From an uncultured Thermoleophilia bacterium (GTDB lineage Bacteria; Actinomycetota; Thermoleophilia; UBA2241): a stretch of DNA of 64,000 nucleotides. A program made the translations under genes and the position numbers. Location: assembly GCA_963715985.1 (NCBI GenBank), contig CAVQSP010000020.1, positions 1 through 64,000 of the forward strand. Direction: 5' to 3'. How positions within the stretch are numbered: position 1 is the first letter of the stretch; each line of letters starts with the position of its first letter. Of this stretch, positions 23,031-33,315 are shown one piece after another. The notes below the pieces were generated by a model. That model was not told the origin of the DNA. It was given only the letters and a program-made list of their open reading frames with translations, and did not search any database.

Positions 23031-24617
23031 ATGCTCGAAGCTTGCAGCACGCAAACGCCAGACGTCTTGCAGGAGGCGCCGGCCGCGGCCAACACGGTGC
23101 AGGCGATGCTCGAACAGATCGAGCGCATGCAGGCCGAGCTCAAGTTCGAGAAGACCAGGAACGAAGCACTGAACTTCGAGATCGCCCGCCTGAAGCGCTG
23201 GCGCTTCGGCACGTCCAGCGAGAGCCTGGACGGCACGACGCAGGCGGTGCTGTTCGACGCCATCCTGGCCGACACTGCGCTGGAAGACCGCGCGGCCCAG
23301 GACGAGGTCAAACCGCCGAGTGCAGCACCGGCGGCCAAGCGCCAGTCCGTGCGCCAGGCCCTGCCCGCGAGCCTGCCGCGCGTCGAGCAGCACCACGAGA
23401 CCCAAGCCACCCACTGCGAGTGCGGCCAGGCCCTCAAGCGCATCGGCGAAGAGGTCAGCGAGCAACTCGACTGCGTGCCGGCGCAGTTCTTCGTGCTGCG
23501 CCACATTCGTGGCAAGTACGCCTGCGCGTGCTGCCAGACCATCCAGGCCGCGCCGATGCCCGCACAGATGATCGACAAGGGCATCCCGGCGCCGGGCCTG
23601 CTGGCGCAGGTGGTGGTGGCCAAGCACGACGATCACCTGCCGCTGTACCGCCAGACCGAGATCTATGCCCGCTCGGGCGTGCACATCCCGCGCTCGAGCA
23701 TGGCGCAGTGGTCGGGCATCTGCGGCGTGCGATTGACGCCGCTGGCCGACGCGCTGAAGGACTTCATCCTCGGCCACGACGTGGTCCACGCCGACGAGAC
23801 GCCGGTCAAGCTGCTGGCACCAGGCAAGGGCAAGACCAGCCGCGCGTATGTCTGGGTGTACCGCACGACGAACTTCGTGGCGCAGCGCGCGGTGTACTAC
23901 GACTTCAGCACGGGCCGCGGCGGGGAGAACGCGCGCCGGGTGCTGCAAGGCTTCGACGGCACCTTGGTGACGGACGACTTCTCGGGCTACCACGCGCTGC
24001 AAACCCAGGGCGTGACGGCCGCGCTGTGCATGGCGCATGCGCGCAGGAAGCTATTCGAAGCGCACCAGTTCAACGCCAGCCCGATCGCCGCACAGGCCGT
24101 GGCGCTGATCGTCAAGCTCTACGAGGTCGAGCGCGAGGCTCGCGAACTCGAACCCGAGGCCAGATGGCTGCTGCGTCAGCGGCATGCCAAACCGGTGGCC
24201 GAGGCCTTGCAGGCCTGGCTGAGCGAGCAGCGCCCGAAGTTGGCCAAGGCCGACATCACAGCCAAGGCCATCGACTACAGCTTAAGCAACTGGCGAGGAC
24301 TCACGCGCTACCTCGACGACGGCAACGTGCCGATCGACAACAACGCGGCGGAGAACGCGGTGCGGCCGCTCGCGGTGGGTCGCAAGAACTGGCTATTCGT
24401 GGGATCGCAGCAAGCCGGCGAGCGCGCCGCGGTGGTGCTCAGCCTGATCGAGTCGGCCAAGCTCAACGGGCACGACCCCTGGGCCTACCTGAAGGACGTG
24501 TTCGAGCGGCTGCCGACGCTCAAGCAGCGCGACCTGGCGCAGCTGCTGCCGCACAACTGGCGACCGCCCGGCTATGCCGCCGCGGCGGACTCAGCGCCCG
24601 TCGCCGCGGCCGCATAG
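23031..24617 (+). CDS. tnpC: IS66 transposase TnpC
   Basis: FGTSSE, Zn finger, HLPLYRQ, HADETP, CMAHARRK, IDNNAAEN. Confidence 0.95.
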   Translation: MLEACSTQTPDVLQEAPAAANTVQAMLEQIERMQAELKFEKTRNEALNFEIARLKRWRFGTSSESLDGTTQAVLFDAILADTALEDRAAQDEVKPPSAAPAAKRQSVRQALPASLPRVEQHHETQATHCECGQALKRIGEEVSEQLDCVPAQFFVLRHIRGKYACACCQTIQAAPMPAQMIDKGIPAPGLLAQVVVAKHDDHLPLYRQTEIYARSGVHIPRSSMAQWSGICGVRLTPLADALKDFILGHDVVHADETPVKLLAPGKGKTSRAYVWVYRTTNFVAQRAVYYDFSTGRGGENARRVLQGFDGTLVTDDFSGYHALQTQGVTAALCMAHARRKLFEAHQFNASPIAAQAVALIVKLYEVEREARELEPEARWLLRQRHAKPVAEALQAWLSEQRPKLAKADITAKAIDYSLSNWRGLTRYLDDGNVPIDNNAAENAVRPLAVGRKNWLFVGSQQAGERAAVVLSLIESAKLNGHDPWAYLKDVFERLPTLKQRDLAQLLPHNWRPPGYAAAADSAPVAAAA

Positions 24618-24674
24618 CGCCGACCTCAGCACACCGCGTTCGGCGCGCAAGGATGTCGTTCGCGGAACGCTTAC

Positions 24675-25157
24675 CCTTGTTCAGGAGCGATGTCACGCTC
24701 TTGCGCGCCGGCTTGATCAGAAGTTTGTTCCCGTACTTGCGCACGTTCTGCCCGAGGAAGTCGAACCCCCGGGAGATATGCGTGATCAGCGTTTTCTCGG
24801 GCGCCAGTTGCAGGCCACGCGCCGCGAGGAATTCCTCGACGGCCGGTTTGACCCGCCGCTCCAGCAGCTCCCGCGTTGCGCCAGTCACGATGAAGTCGTC
24901 CGCATAGCGGACAACGTGCGCCTTGGCCGGTTGTCGCGCGTTCGGGCTGCGGCCCAAGGCCGAGCGCACCGCGTCTTCGATGCCGTCCAGTGCCAGGTTG
25001 GCCAGCACTGGTGAAGCGATCCCGCCTTGCGGGCGTTCCTGCTTCGGTGGGGAACAACACGCCTTGGTCGATGAATCCCGCATGCAACCACTTGCGCAGA
25101 ACGATCTTGTCCATAGGAACATGCTTCAACAGCCAGTCATGGCTGATGTTGTCGAAG
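24675..25157 (-). pseudogene. ltrA: Group II intron reverse transcriptase internal fragment (RT domains 3-7)
   Basis: FDNISHDWL, GTP/QGGIASPVLAN, VRYADDF, GFDFLG; cut by IS66 at its 3' side. Confidence 0.92.
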
Positions 25158-25289
25158 GAAGCAGCGACACACTACCCAACCCCAGGACGTTCCGACGGTC
25201 GTGCGCATTCTGGACGGCGTCAATCAGGATGGCCGGCGGACAAGATGAGTGTCGCGCCCCAGCATTCAGCGCAGTGGGCACGCTCGCGC

Positions 25290-25471
25290 GGACTACTGGG
25301 GACACGGATGTCGCAGATCGCCGACGACTGGCTCCCGCAACCTTGACATTCTTCATCCATGGCCGAGTACGCGCTTTGCCATCAACCACCCAAGGTAGGA
25401 GCCGAGTGCGCGAGACGTGCATGCTCGGATCTGTGCGGGGGGCGCCCGGTAACTGGCATCCCTACCGCGAT
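25290..25471 (+). ncRNA. 3' end of a second group II intron (maturase C-terminal remnant plus domains V and VI)
   Basis: DWLPQP..LHPWPSTRF; DV GAGCCGAGTGCGCGAGACGTGCATGCTCGGATC (25399-25431, AGC triad); DVI ending CCCTACCGCGAT. Confidence 0.85.
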
Positions 25472-25489
25472 TGTGGACGAATTGCAGGG

Positions 25490-25752
25490 CCGACTATCTG
25501 GGCATTCTCTCGGCCGCAGCCGCGCTGCTATTTGCGGCCTGGACCGTCTTCAAGACGCTGATGTGCGGCGATCTTCCGGTGGCTGGCTACCCGTCGCTGA
25601 TGGTCGTGGTTCTGCTCCTCGGCGGTGTTCAACTGGCCGCGTTGGGCGTGATCGGCGAATATCTCGGGCGCACGTACAACGAGGTCAAACAACGTCCGCT
25701 GTACATCATTGAGTCCTATCGGCCAGGTCGACATCCGGCGCTCACGATCTGA
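25490..25752 (+). pseudogene. gtrB: GtrB-like polyprenyl-phosphate glycosyltransferase C-terminal remnant
   Basis: GYPSLMVVVLLLGGVQLAALGVIGEYLGRTYNEVKQRPLYII. Confidence 0.85.
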
Positions 25753-25791
25753 TGGGCGTCTGCCCGCCTGCCTTGAAGCCAGCGCCACCGC

Positions 25792-26975
25792 TTACGCTCC
25801 GAGGAGAATCCGCCGGATCAACTCGGCGCGCTGGTCGGAGGTGAAGCGGCTGGCGGTGCGCTCGCGGCCCGCCTCGCCCATGCGCCGCGCCTCGTCGGGG
25901 TGGTTCAGCAGCCGGGCGATCGCTGCCTCCACCGCGGCGACGTTCTCGCCGTCCACGCGCAGGCCGTTGAGGCCGTCCTCCACGGCCGAGCCCGTGCCGC
26001 CGGCGCGGCCGGCGATCACCGGCTTGGCACAGGCGTTGGCCTCGATGAAGACGAGGCCGAAGCCCTCGGTGTCGCCTGGATGTCGCGGTTGGGCATGGCG
26101 AACAGGTCGCAGGCGTTGTACCAGCGCGGCAGGTCGTCGGGCTCACGTGGCCGAGCAGGTGCAGCCGGTCGGTCACGCCCAGTTCGCGCGCCAGGCCCTG
26201 CAGGTAGTCCCTGTCCTCGCCGATGCCGACGAGGGCGTAGTGCACGTCGATGCCACGCGCCACCAGCCCCGGCAGCGCCCGGACGACCTGGTCGAAGCCC
26301 TTGCGCCGCTGCAGCCGGCCCACGGACAGGACGAGCCGCTGCCCGTCGGCGCAGGCCGATGCCGGCGCGCAGGTCGTCGAACGGCAGCCCGGGCCGGAAG
26401 CGCTCGACGTCCACGGTCGGGATAGGTCATGACGATGCGCTCGGGCTGCACGCCGATGAGCGAGATCAGCGTGTCGCGGGTGAAGTCGCTGTTCGCCAGG
26501 ACGTGTCGGCACGGCGCAGCGTGAAGCACATGGTCTTGAACTTCCAGCCGCGACCCCAGCCCGTCAGTTCCTCGCCATGGGCGTAGATCAGGACCTTGCA
26601 GCCGCGCAGCCGCCCCACCGCCCAGGCCACCAGGCCCTCCGGCAGGGCCCGGCCCGCGAGAACGGCGACGAACCGGTTGGCCGAGCGCCAGCCGCAACGA
26701 CCGCAAGAACAGCCGCGGTATACATGGCCAGCGATTCCGGCCGCAGCCACGGGTTGCGTTCGAGCTTGAGCCGATGGACGGTGTTCGGATGGTCCCGGTC
26801 GAACTCGGCATCGTCCGGCACCGCCGCCGTCACGATGTGCACCGACTTGCCGCCCAGGCGGCGGAAATCGTCGTCGAACGACACCGCCGTGCCGCCCTTG
26901 GTGGGCAGGAACAGTTCGGTGATCATCAGCAAGCGGCAGCGCCGCGTCCTGCTGGCCGCGACAGCAGCCGTGCAT
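25792..26975 (-). CDS. GT4 glycosyltransferase (PimB-like), frameshifted; start approximate
   Basis: ITELFLPTKGG, YAHGEE, SVGRLQRRKGFD, YNACDLFAMPNR, EGFGLVFIEA. Confidence 0.85.
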
Positions 26976-28157
26976 AGAGCGCTTCGTAGTGGTCGGCGAC
27001 GGCGCGGATCGAGTAACGCTGCCTCGCGCCAGGCGCCCGGGCCTGTTTGCCCATCGTCGCGGCCGCCGGGTGCCAGGCAACGCCGCACCGCGGCGGCCAG
27101 GCCGAGCGCGTCGTCCGGCTCGTAGGTGAAGCCGGTCTCGCCGTCGACGATCAGCTCGCGGCTGCCGCTGGCGCGTGCTGCCACGCAGGGCAGGCCGCTG
27201 GCCATGGCCTCCAGCACGACATTGGGCAGGCCTTCCTTGTACGAAGGCAGCACCAGCAGATCGGCGCACTGGTAGTACGGCGCGACGTCGGCGCTGGAAG
27301 TCGCGCAGCGCGAAGCGCAGCGGGTGGGCGCGGCCAGGTCGTCCAGCCGCGCGCGCAGCTCGCCGTCGCGGGTCGTCGCGCCCCTGCGGGCCCGACCGCC
27401 AGCAGCAACGCGCCGGTGCCGAACGCGTCCTGTGCCACCCATTGCTCGGCCAGCCAGAGGATGTTCTTTCGCTGGTCGAGCACACCCACGTAGAGCACGA
27501 TCGGCTGCTCGCGCGGCAGCGCCAAGCGTTTCGCGCAGGGCAGCGCGCATCCCGGGCTCCGGCAAGGGGCGGAAGCGCTCGGTGTCGACGCCGTTGGGCA
27601 GGTGGTGGATGCGCTCGCGGAGCCATTCCGCCGGCGCGGAACTCGTCGACCAGGTCGCGGCTGGTGCCGACGCAGGCGTCGACGCGGCGCAGCATCAGGC
27701 GGTGCAGCTTGCCCGTGACTCGGCGCGACAGGTCCAGCAGGTCGTCGTTGGCCAGGCTCGCCTTCACCAGCGACTTCATGCCCAGCAGCGCGGGCCAGCG
27801 GCCCGATGAAGGCGTGGGTGAAATAGGCGCCGTGGCTGTGCAGGATGTCGAAGTCGTCGCCGGTGCTTCCAGACATACCGCGCCAGGTTGAACCAGAGCC
27901 GGAATTCGCGGTGCCTGCGCAGTCGCCCCGGCTCCAGGCGCTGCACCCGGAAGCCGTCGACGACTGCCGTGTCGGCCAGGCCGGGCCAGCGGTTGGTGAC
28001 GAACTCGACGTGGTGGCCGCGCCGGCGCAGCTCCTTCGCCAGCGTGAGCGCCTGCAACGCGGCACCGCTGTACTCCGGCGCGAAGTAGGCCGTGTACATG
28101 AGGATGCGCAAGGGGCGCGGCGTCCTGCAGGCTGCGCGAAAGGAAAGGGATCTCCAT
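26926..28157 (-). CDS. GT4 glycosyltransferase, frameshifted
   Basis: YFAPEYSGAALQA, PNGVD, LPSYKEGLPNVVLEAMASG. Confidence 0.85.
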
Positions 28158-28164
28158 GGGTGGG

Positions 28165-29970
28165 TCAGCGCAGTTCGTCGTGATTCTCCAGCCACGCCCC
28201 CAGCACCACGAGCGCCCAGACGCGGAACGCCAGGCGTTGGTCGCCTGCCATGAACTGCCGCGCATAGCGCCGGACGACGTCGGCCTGCAGCAGCCCACGG
28301 TCCAGCCAGCGGCCGGTTTCGAGATACTTGCGCACCAGCGCGTGGTCGTCGGCAGCCAGGAACTGCTGCAGCGGGAAATCGAAGCCGTGCTTCGGCAAGT
28401 CCCAGATCTGCGCCGGCACGTAGCGTGCCAGAAGCGCGCGCAGGATGCGCTTGGGCTGGCCCGGCAAGTAGCGCCAGTCAGTGCGAAGTTGCCGCAGGAA
28501 GCGGTTCGTGCGGGCGTCGAAGAAGGGATAGCGCACCGGCATGCCGGTGATCATCGCCGACTGGCTGAGGCGGTCGCTGGGCATCGTGTCCATCAGAGCG
28601 CTGTAGCGTTCGAAATGGGCGCCGCGCGGGAAACGGGCGAAGGTTCGGTAGAACTGCGTGTGATCGAAGGACACCGGCTCGCCGCACAGCGCCTCGATCT
28701 CCGGTCGCGTGAAGCCGCGCCAGCGAATCATCGTGTCGGCGGGGTGCTCGAAATCGAGGATCGGCGTGTAGCCCGCGATGCCGGGAACGGCGCGCATGCC
28801 GCGCACTAGCCCACGCCTCAGGGCCGGCGGCAGCAGGCTGCCGTATTCCACCGCCAGCCGCACGTGACGCGGTGGCATGGCGCCCACGGCCTCGTCGGCG
28901 CCGGTGCCGTCGAGCACAGTGTCGAAGTGCTCGCGGCAATGGTCGAAGGCCAGCAGCGTGGCCGGCGTCGCCGGGTCGGCCATCGGCTGCTCGAGGTGCC
29001 GGGCTCAGGCGGTCGAACGCCGACCAGGTACTGGTCGTGACTGAAACGCAGCACTTCGTGCCGCAGGCCCAGGTGCGTCGCGATGCGCTGCGCAACGGGG
29101 GCCTCGTCGTGGGCCGCGCCGTCGAAGCCGACGGTGACCGCCGTCATGTCGGGTCGCTGGCGGCTGGCCACGGCGCAGATCAGCGCGAGTCGATGCCGCC
29201 GCTCAGAGAAGGCTGCCGGGCGATACGAATCTCGCAGGCGCGCGCGAAGACTGGCAGCAGAGCAAGTCGTCCAGTTGTCCTGCGGCATTGCTCGAAGCTC
29301 TGCGCACGTCGCAGATCGGCAGGTGGGGATGGGCAAGTGGACAGGCTCTCGATGCGCCGTGGCGACACCTTCAGCAGTTGCCCCGCCTCCAATGCCTGCA
29401 CGCCCTTGAAAAGCGTATTCGGTGCGGCGATGTCCAGGAAGCGGAGATATTCGTGGATCGACTGGCGTGACACTCGCCGCTCGATGCCTGTCCTGCCAGG
29501 CAGTGCGTCGCATCCGTGTGGCATAGCTGACGCGCCCGTCCGGGGCAGCGTGGAAGAACAGCTTGCTCAGTCCGGACGGGTCGCGAGTACAGGAGCAACT
29601 CGTCGCCCGCCTGCAGGGCAAAGGCGAGCACGCCGTCCAGCCTGGGCAGGCAGTCGCCGCCCCAGCGCCGCCATGCGGCTGCCAGCACGGATGCCAGCGG
29701 CGCATCCGTGGGCATCTGGAGTTGTTGGCGCAAGGCCGCTGCGTTGTGAATTTCGCCTGCCCAGGCCAGCTTGGTGCCGTTCACGTCGTGCCACGGGTTG
29801 GCCGGCCTCGAGGCGTCGGATCGATGCCCTGCTTCGAACTGCCCAGGTGTGCGCGGCCTCCGGGTTGTCGGGGTGACCTCCAAATGCGCCGGTTGGATGG
29901 CATCGCCCGGGATGAATGTCCCGGAAAAACCGCCATCACTTGGTGATCGGCTGTTCTCAATACCCGTCAT
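28165..29970 (-). CDS. Asparagine-synthase-related protein without the N-terminal Cys, frameshifted
   Basis: GEIHN, RDPSG, LSGGIDS, DGTGADE, RYPFFD, PKHGF. Confidence 0.8.
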
Positions 29971-29984
29971 CGGATGGCTGCGTT

Positions 29985-30200
29985 CAACGAAGCGAGTTGT
30001 CCAAGGCATCCGGCTGGCCAACGCATTCAGCGGGATGCTGCAGGTTGATCGTCTCATCCAGGCGGGCGCAAAAAAGGTCGTCGGCGGTCATCGGCAGCAG
30101 CTCCAGAACCCCCCGGAAACTGAATGCCTCTGGATTAATTCCTGGTAGTTCGAGCCATCGGCAATTACCCCAACTCACTAGGAATCATACGGGTTTCATA
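29985..30200 (-). mobile_element. Degenerate IS5-family 5' remnant
   Basis: MTADDLFCARLDETINLQHP/LNALASRMPW resembles MSTPDFFRSRLDAMIDLRHPLAVLARQLPW; upstream DNA resembles 36760-36815. Confidence 0.7.
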
Positions 30201-30274
30201 TTTCTTATAGGATCGATCAATTATTTCGCAATAAGTATCAAACCAAAAAAAGACAAAATTCGCCAAGGATTCTT

Positions 30275-31257
30275 CTATATTCTGTGATGTGATTGATATT
30301 TTCTGGAAGTAGAATCAAAGAGAAGCACTGCTGGATCGCTAGCCTTCGACCATTCATTGCGCCGTTGCATTTCCCTAAATGAATGACGCGTCATAGAAAA
30401 TCTCTTCATCACGTTGCTTGCTTCGCTTGGACAGGATGTTATCCATTGTTGAATCATTTCAGTCGAAGAAGCCGGTAACTCGTTTGCTCTTTTCCTCAGG
30501 TTGCGAAATGCGTGACGAAACGCCAAATTCTCCAACTGACCCTGGCCTTGCCTCGTGTAGCGGCGAAAATGTGTTTTCAGGTCCGAGAGTTTCCACCATT
30601 TCAGGGCTTCAAAAGACCATGTTGCCAACGGTGCGACTATTACCTGCGTCATGTCCCAGTCGTGCAGATCAGGGCGAAATCGATAGCGCAACATGGCGCC
30701 CAGCATCGGGTCAGTTCTGTAAAGCCCAAGCGGCATCCGAAAAACCTCGTGGCGGGCACTCATCATTGCCCTGTCGCTGAGCGCGTATAAATTACCGTGA
30801 ATACCACCTCCAGAAATCATTCGCTGACGAAGCGCCTTCGAAGATAAACCCACCGAAGGAACGCCTGTGGCTGCTAATGCGTTGGGGCTACGCGAGAGCG
30901 CATCATCGAGTATTTGAATTGCATCCCATGCAACCTCGACGTAACCGTCAATGAATACTGTTGTCCGAGCCATTGGCCAAAGCTCGTGTACGTATGTGTT
31001 CCACGCGTGTGCTTTGTCGCCCAAAGGCAAGAACCAAAGCCGTGCGGATGATGGCAATGATGATTGGCGCTCTCTTGCTTCTAAATGCGCCTTCATGGCG
31101 TTTGCCAGATCTTCGTTGCCGTTGACTATTACATCCAAAATTCCGGCAACAGCGACGACGGGTGAGAGTGCGTGAAAGTACGCATCAAGTGTACAAAGAG
31201 TGTTGTCGGATCTTCTCGAGAGCTAAATACTACGGCCGAGACATCATAGTTATACAT
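30275..31257 (-). CDS. Low-GC GT-A/GT2-like glycosyltransferase; probable frameshift near the 5' end
   Basis: MYNYDVSAVVFSSRE start, VIVNG, GDKAHAWN, VFIDG motif. Confidence 0.6.
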
Positions 31258-31301
31258 CTCTAGGTTCGCTCTAACAATGCTTTTCAATCTAACTTCTCTC
31301 T

Positions 31302-32629
31302 CACTACTGTCCGGTTAAACGACCCGCTCCGAGTCTTAGATCAAGCATTGGCGCGGGTTGCAGGCCGATTTTGTTTGGTGCCGACTTGAACTTCGTTTCC
31401 CAAGAACCGCGTACTTTCCCTGGCTTGACTGCCTCGGGGAGCGCGCGTGTACATCGGCAAGACCTTGTTTGCTCAAGTCATGGAGTTCGTGCCATGGACC
31501 AGCTTCGCGCGCATCGTGCAGCGCCATGGCGGCAACTCGGGCGTGCGTACGTTGTCGTGCGCCGAGCAGTTCCGGGCCATGGCCTTCGCGCAGCTGACTT
31601 GGCGAGAGAGCTTGCGCGACATCGAAGCCAGTCTGTCGGCCAACGCCAGCAAGCTCTACGCGATGGGCTTTCGCTCGGCGGTCAGGCGATCGACGCTGGC
31701 CGACGCCAACGAATCGCGCGACTGGCGCATCTGGTCGGACCTGGCTGCCGTGCTGATCCGGCGTGCGCGCAAGCTGTACGCGAACGATGCGCTCGGCGTA
31801 GATCTGGACAAAACGGTCTATGCGTTGGACTCCAGCACCATCGATCTGTGCCTGAGCCTGTTCGACTGGGCACCGTTTCGATCGACCAAGGCGGCCATCA
31901 AGCTGCACACGCTGCTGGACCTGCGCGGCGCCATCCCGGCGTTCATCCACATCAGCGACGGCAAGCTGCACGACGTGAACGTGCTGGACCTGCTGAGCTT
32001 CGAGGCCGGCGCTTTCTACGTGATGGATCGCGGCTATGTCGACTTCGCGCGGTTGTATGCGTTGCATCAGGTCGGCGCCTTCTTCGTCACGCGCGCCAAG
32101 TCGCCGATGGACGCCAGGCGCGTGTACTCGGCTGCGACCGATCGCAGCACCGGCATCATCAGCGACCAGCAGGTCATGCTCAACGGCCACTACTCGGCCA
32201 AAAAGTACCCCGAGCACCTGCGGCGTGTTCGATTCAAGGACCCCGAGTCGGGCAAGACGCTGATCTTCCTGACCAACAACACGGCCTTGCCGGCGCTGAC
32301 GATCGCCGCGCTGTACAAGAGCCGCTGGCAGGTCGAGCTGTTCTTCAAATGGATCAAGCAGCATCTGCGCATCAAGAAGTTTCTCGGCAACAGCGAGAAC
32401 GCCGTGAAGACGCAGGTGTGGTGTGCCGTGGCCACCTACGTGCTCATCGCCATCGTCAAGAAGGAGCTTCAACTCGATGCCTCGCTCTACACATGTCTAC
32501 AGATCTTGTCGGTGTCGGTCTTCGAGAAAACCCAAATTTCATGCGCCTTGCAGGCCGATGCGTCCCAGACCAACATGCCCGACGCCGCTAACCAATTGAA
32601 TTTGTTCGACTTTTAACCGGACAGTAGTG
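31302..32629 (+). mobile_element. Complete IS4-family element
   Basis: Perfect 18-bp IR CACTACTGTCCGGTTAAA / TTTAACCGGACAGTAGTG; 9-bp target duplication CTTCTCTCT at 31293-31301 and 32630-32638. Confidence 0.97.
31447..32616 (+). CDS. IS4-family transposase (DUF4372 + DDE)
   Basis: LDSSTI, MDRGY, YKSRWQVELFFKWIKQ (YREK-type). Confidence 0.95.
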   Translation: MYIGKTLFAQVMEFVPWTSFARIVQRHGGNSGVRTLSCAEQFRAMAFAQLTWRESLRDIEASLSANASKLYAMGFRSAVRRSTLADANESRDWRIWSDLAAVLIRRARKLYANDALGVDLDKTVYALDSSTIDLCLSLFDWAPFRSTKAAIKLHTLLDLRGAIPAFIHISDGKLHDVNVLDLLSFEAGAFYVMDRGYVDFARLYALHQVGAFFVTRAKSPMDARRVYSAATDRSTGIISDQQVMLNGHYSAKKYPEHLRRVRFKDPESGKTLIFLTNNTALPALTIAALYKSRWQVELFFKWIKQHLRIKKFLGNSENAVKTQVWCAVATYVLIAIVKKELQLDASLYTCLQILSVSVFEKTQISCALQADASQTNMPDAANQLNLFDF

Positions 32630-32796
32630 CTTCTCTCTATAGAGGTGAGAAGTTCGACATGACTATCGATGTTTCATCGGAACACATTATATAGGTGGAC
32701 GATTGAGTTAAATCGAAGTCGAAGTTGCAGCGTCACAGTAGTGGTCACCCTGACGCTGGCAGAAAACCAATGACCGGTACGCTGTTGATCGTTGTG

Positions 32797-33211
32797 CTAT
32801 TTCATTTTCATGTGGCTAATCTGAAATTCGAGCAGTGACTTATTGTTGCGTGCCTCAACCGTCAACGCGTAGTCCTTCGGCCAATTCGTGAGCACGTAGT
32901 CGAAGTTCTTGATCGCGGTCTGAGCATAGTTCCTACTGTGCTTGCTGGTCGAATTCGATCTAAAGCGATTCATATAGAGCAGCCCAGTGCAGAAATGGTG
33001 GAGGTGCACGTAGATATCCTTGCCCATTTTGCTGCTCCATACTTTCTGCGTCGCCGGGTCCCCCCCGAGGCGCGCGATGCAGTAGTCCGGCAGCATCGAG
33101 AGTTCAGCCGCTGTTGGCTTATTTGGCAAGCGTGTATCGGCGGCTAAGGAGAATGCGGGGGCTAGCGCCACCGTGGCGACGACAAGGGCTAGCGTTCTAC
33201 GTTTCATGCTC
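32797..33211 (-). CDS. Small secreted hypothetical protein (helical/TPR-like)
   Basis: Signal peptide MSMKRRTLALVVATVALAPAFSLA; LPDYC...HLHHFC. Confidence 0.6.
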
Positions 33212-33315
33212 ATCAAATTGCTCCATTGCAACCTTGCTCTTGGTCTGGCGTGTAGATCGTGGCTGGCACGCTTGCAACCAGGCAGTGCCGTGCGGATGCG
33301 TTCGTTTATCACTCG

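Larger units (their letters stand above)
22145..24674 (+). mobile_element. Complete IS66-family element
   Basis: Terminal inverted repeats GTAAGCGTTCCGC / GCGGAACGCTTAC; tnpA-tnpB-tnpC; no exact 8-bp target duplication. Confidence 0.95.

Noticed and set aside
16652-24907. Long antisense or alternate-frame ORFs (e.g. 16652-17821 minus, 22740-24038 minus, 22928-24907 plus)
   Set aside because: Shadow ORFs of GC-rich genes with no recognisable motifs
24520-25157. RT as a retron, DGR or defence RT
   Set aside because: YADD, GFDFLG and PQGG..SP are group II-type; it is a truncated fragment with no msr/msd, TR/VR pair or effector
28165-29970. Lasso peptide cyclase
   Set aside because: No precursor, B1/B2 or transporter genes nearby; the context is glycosyltransferases
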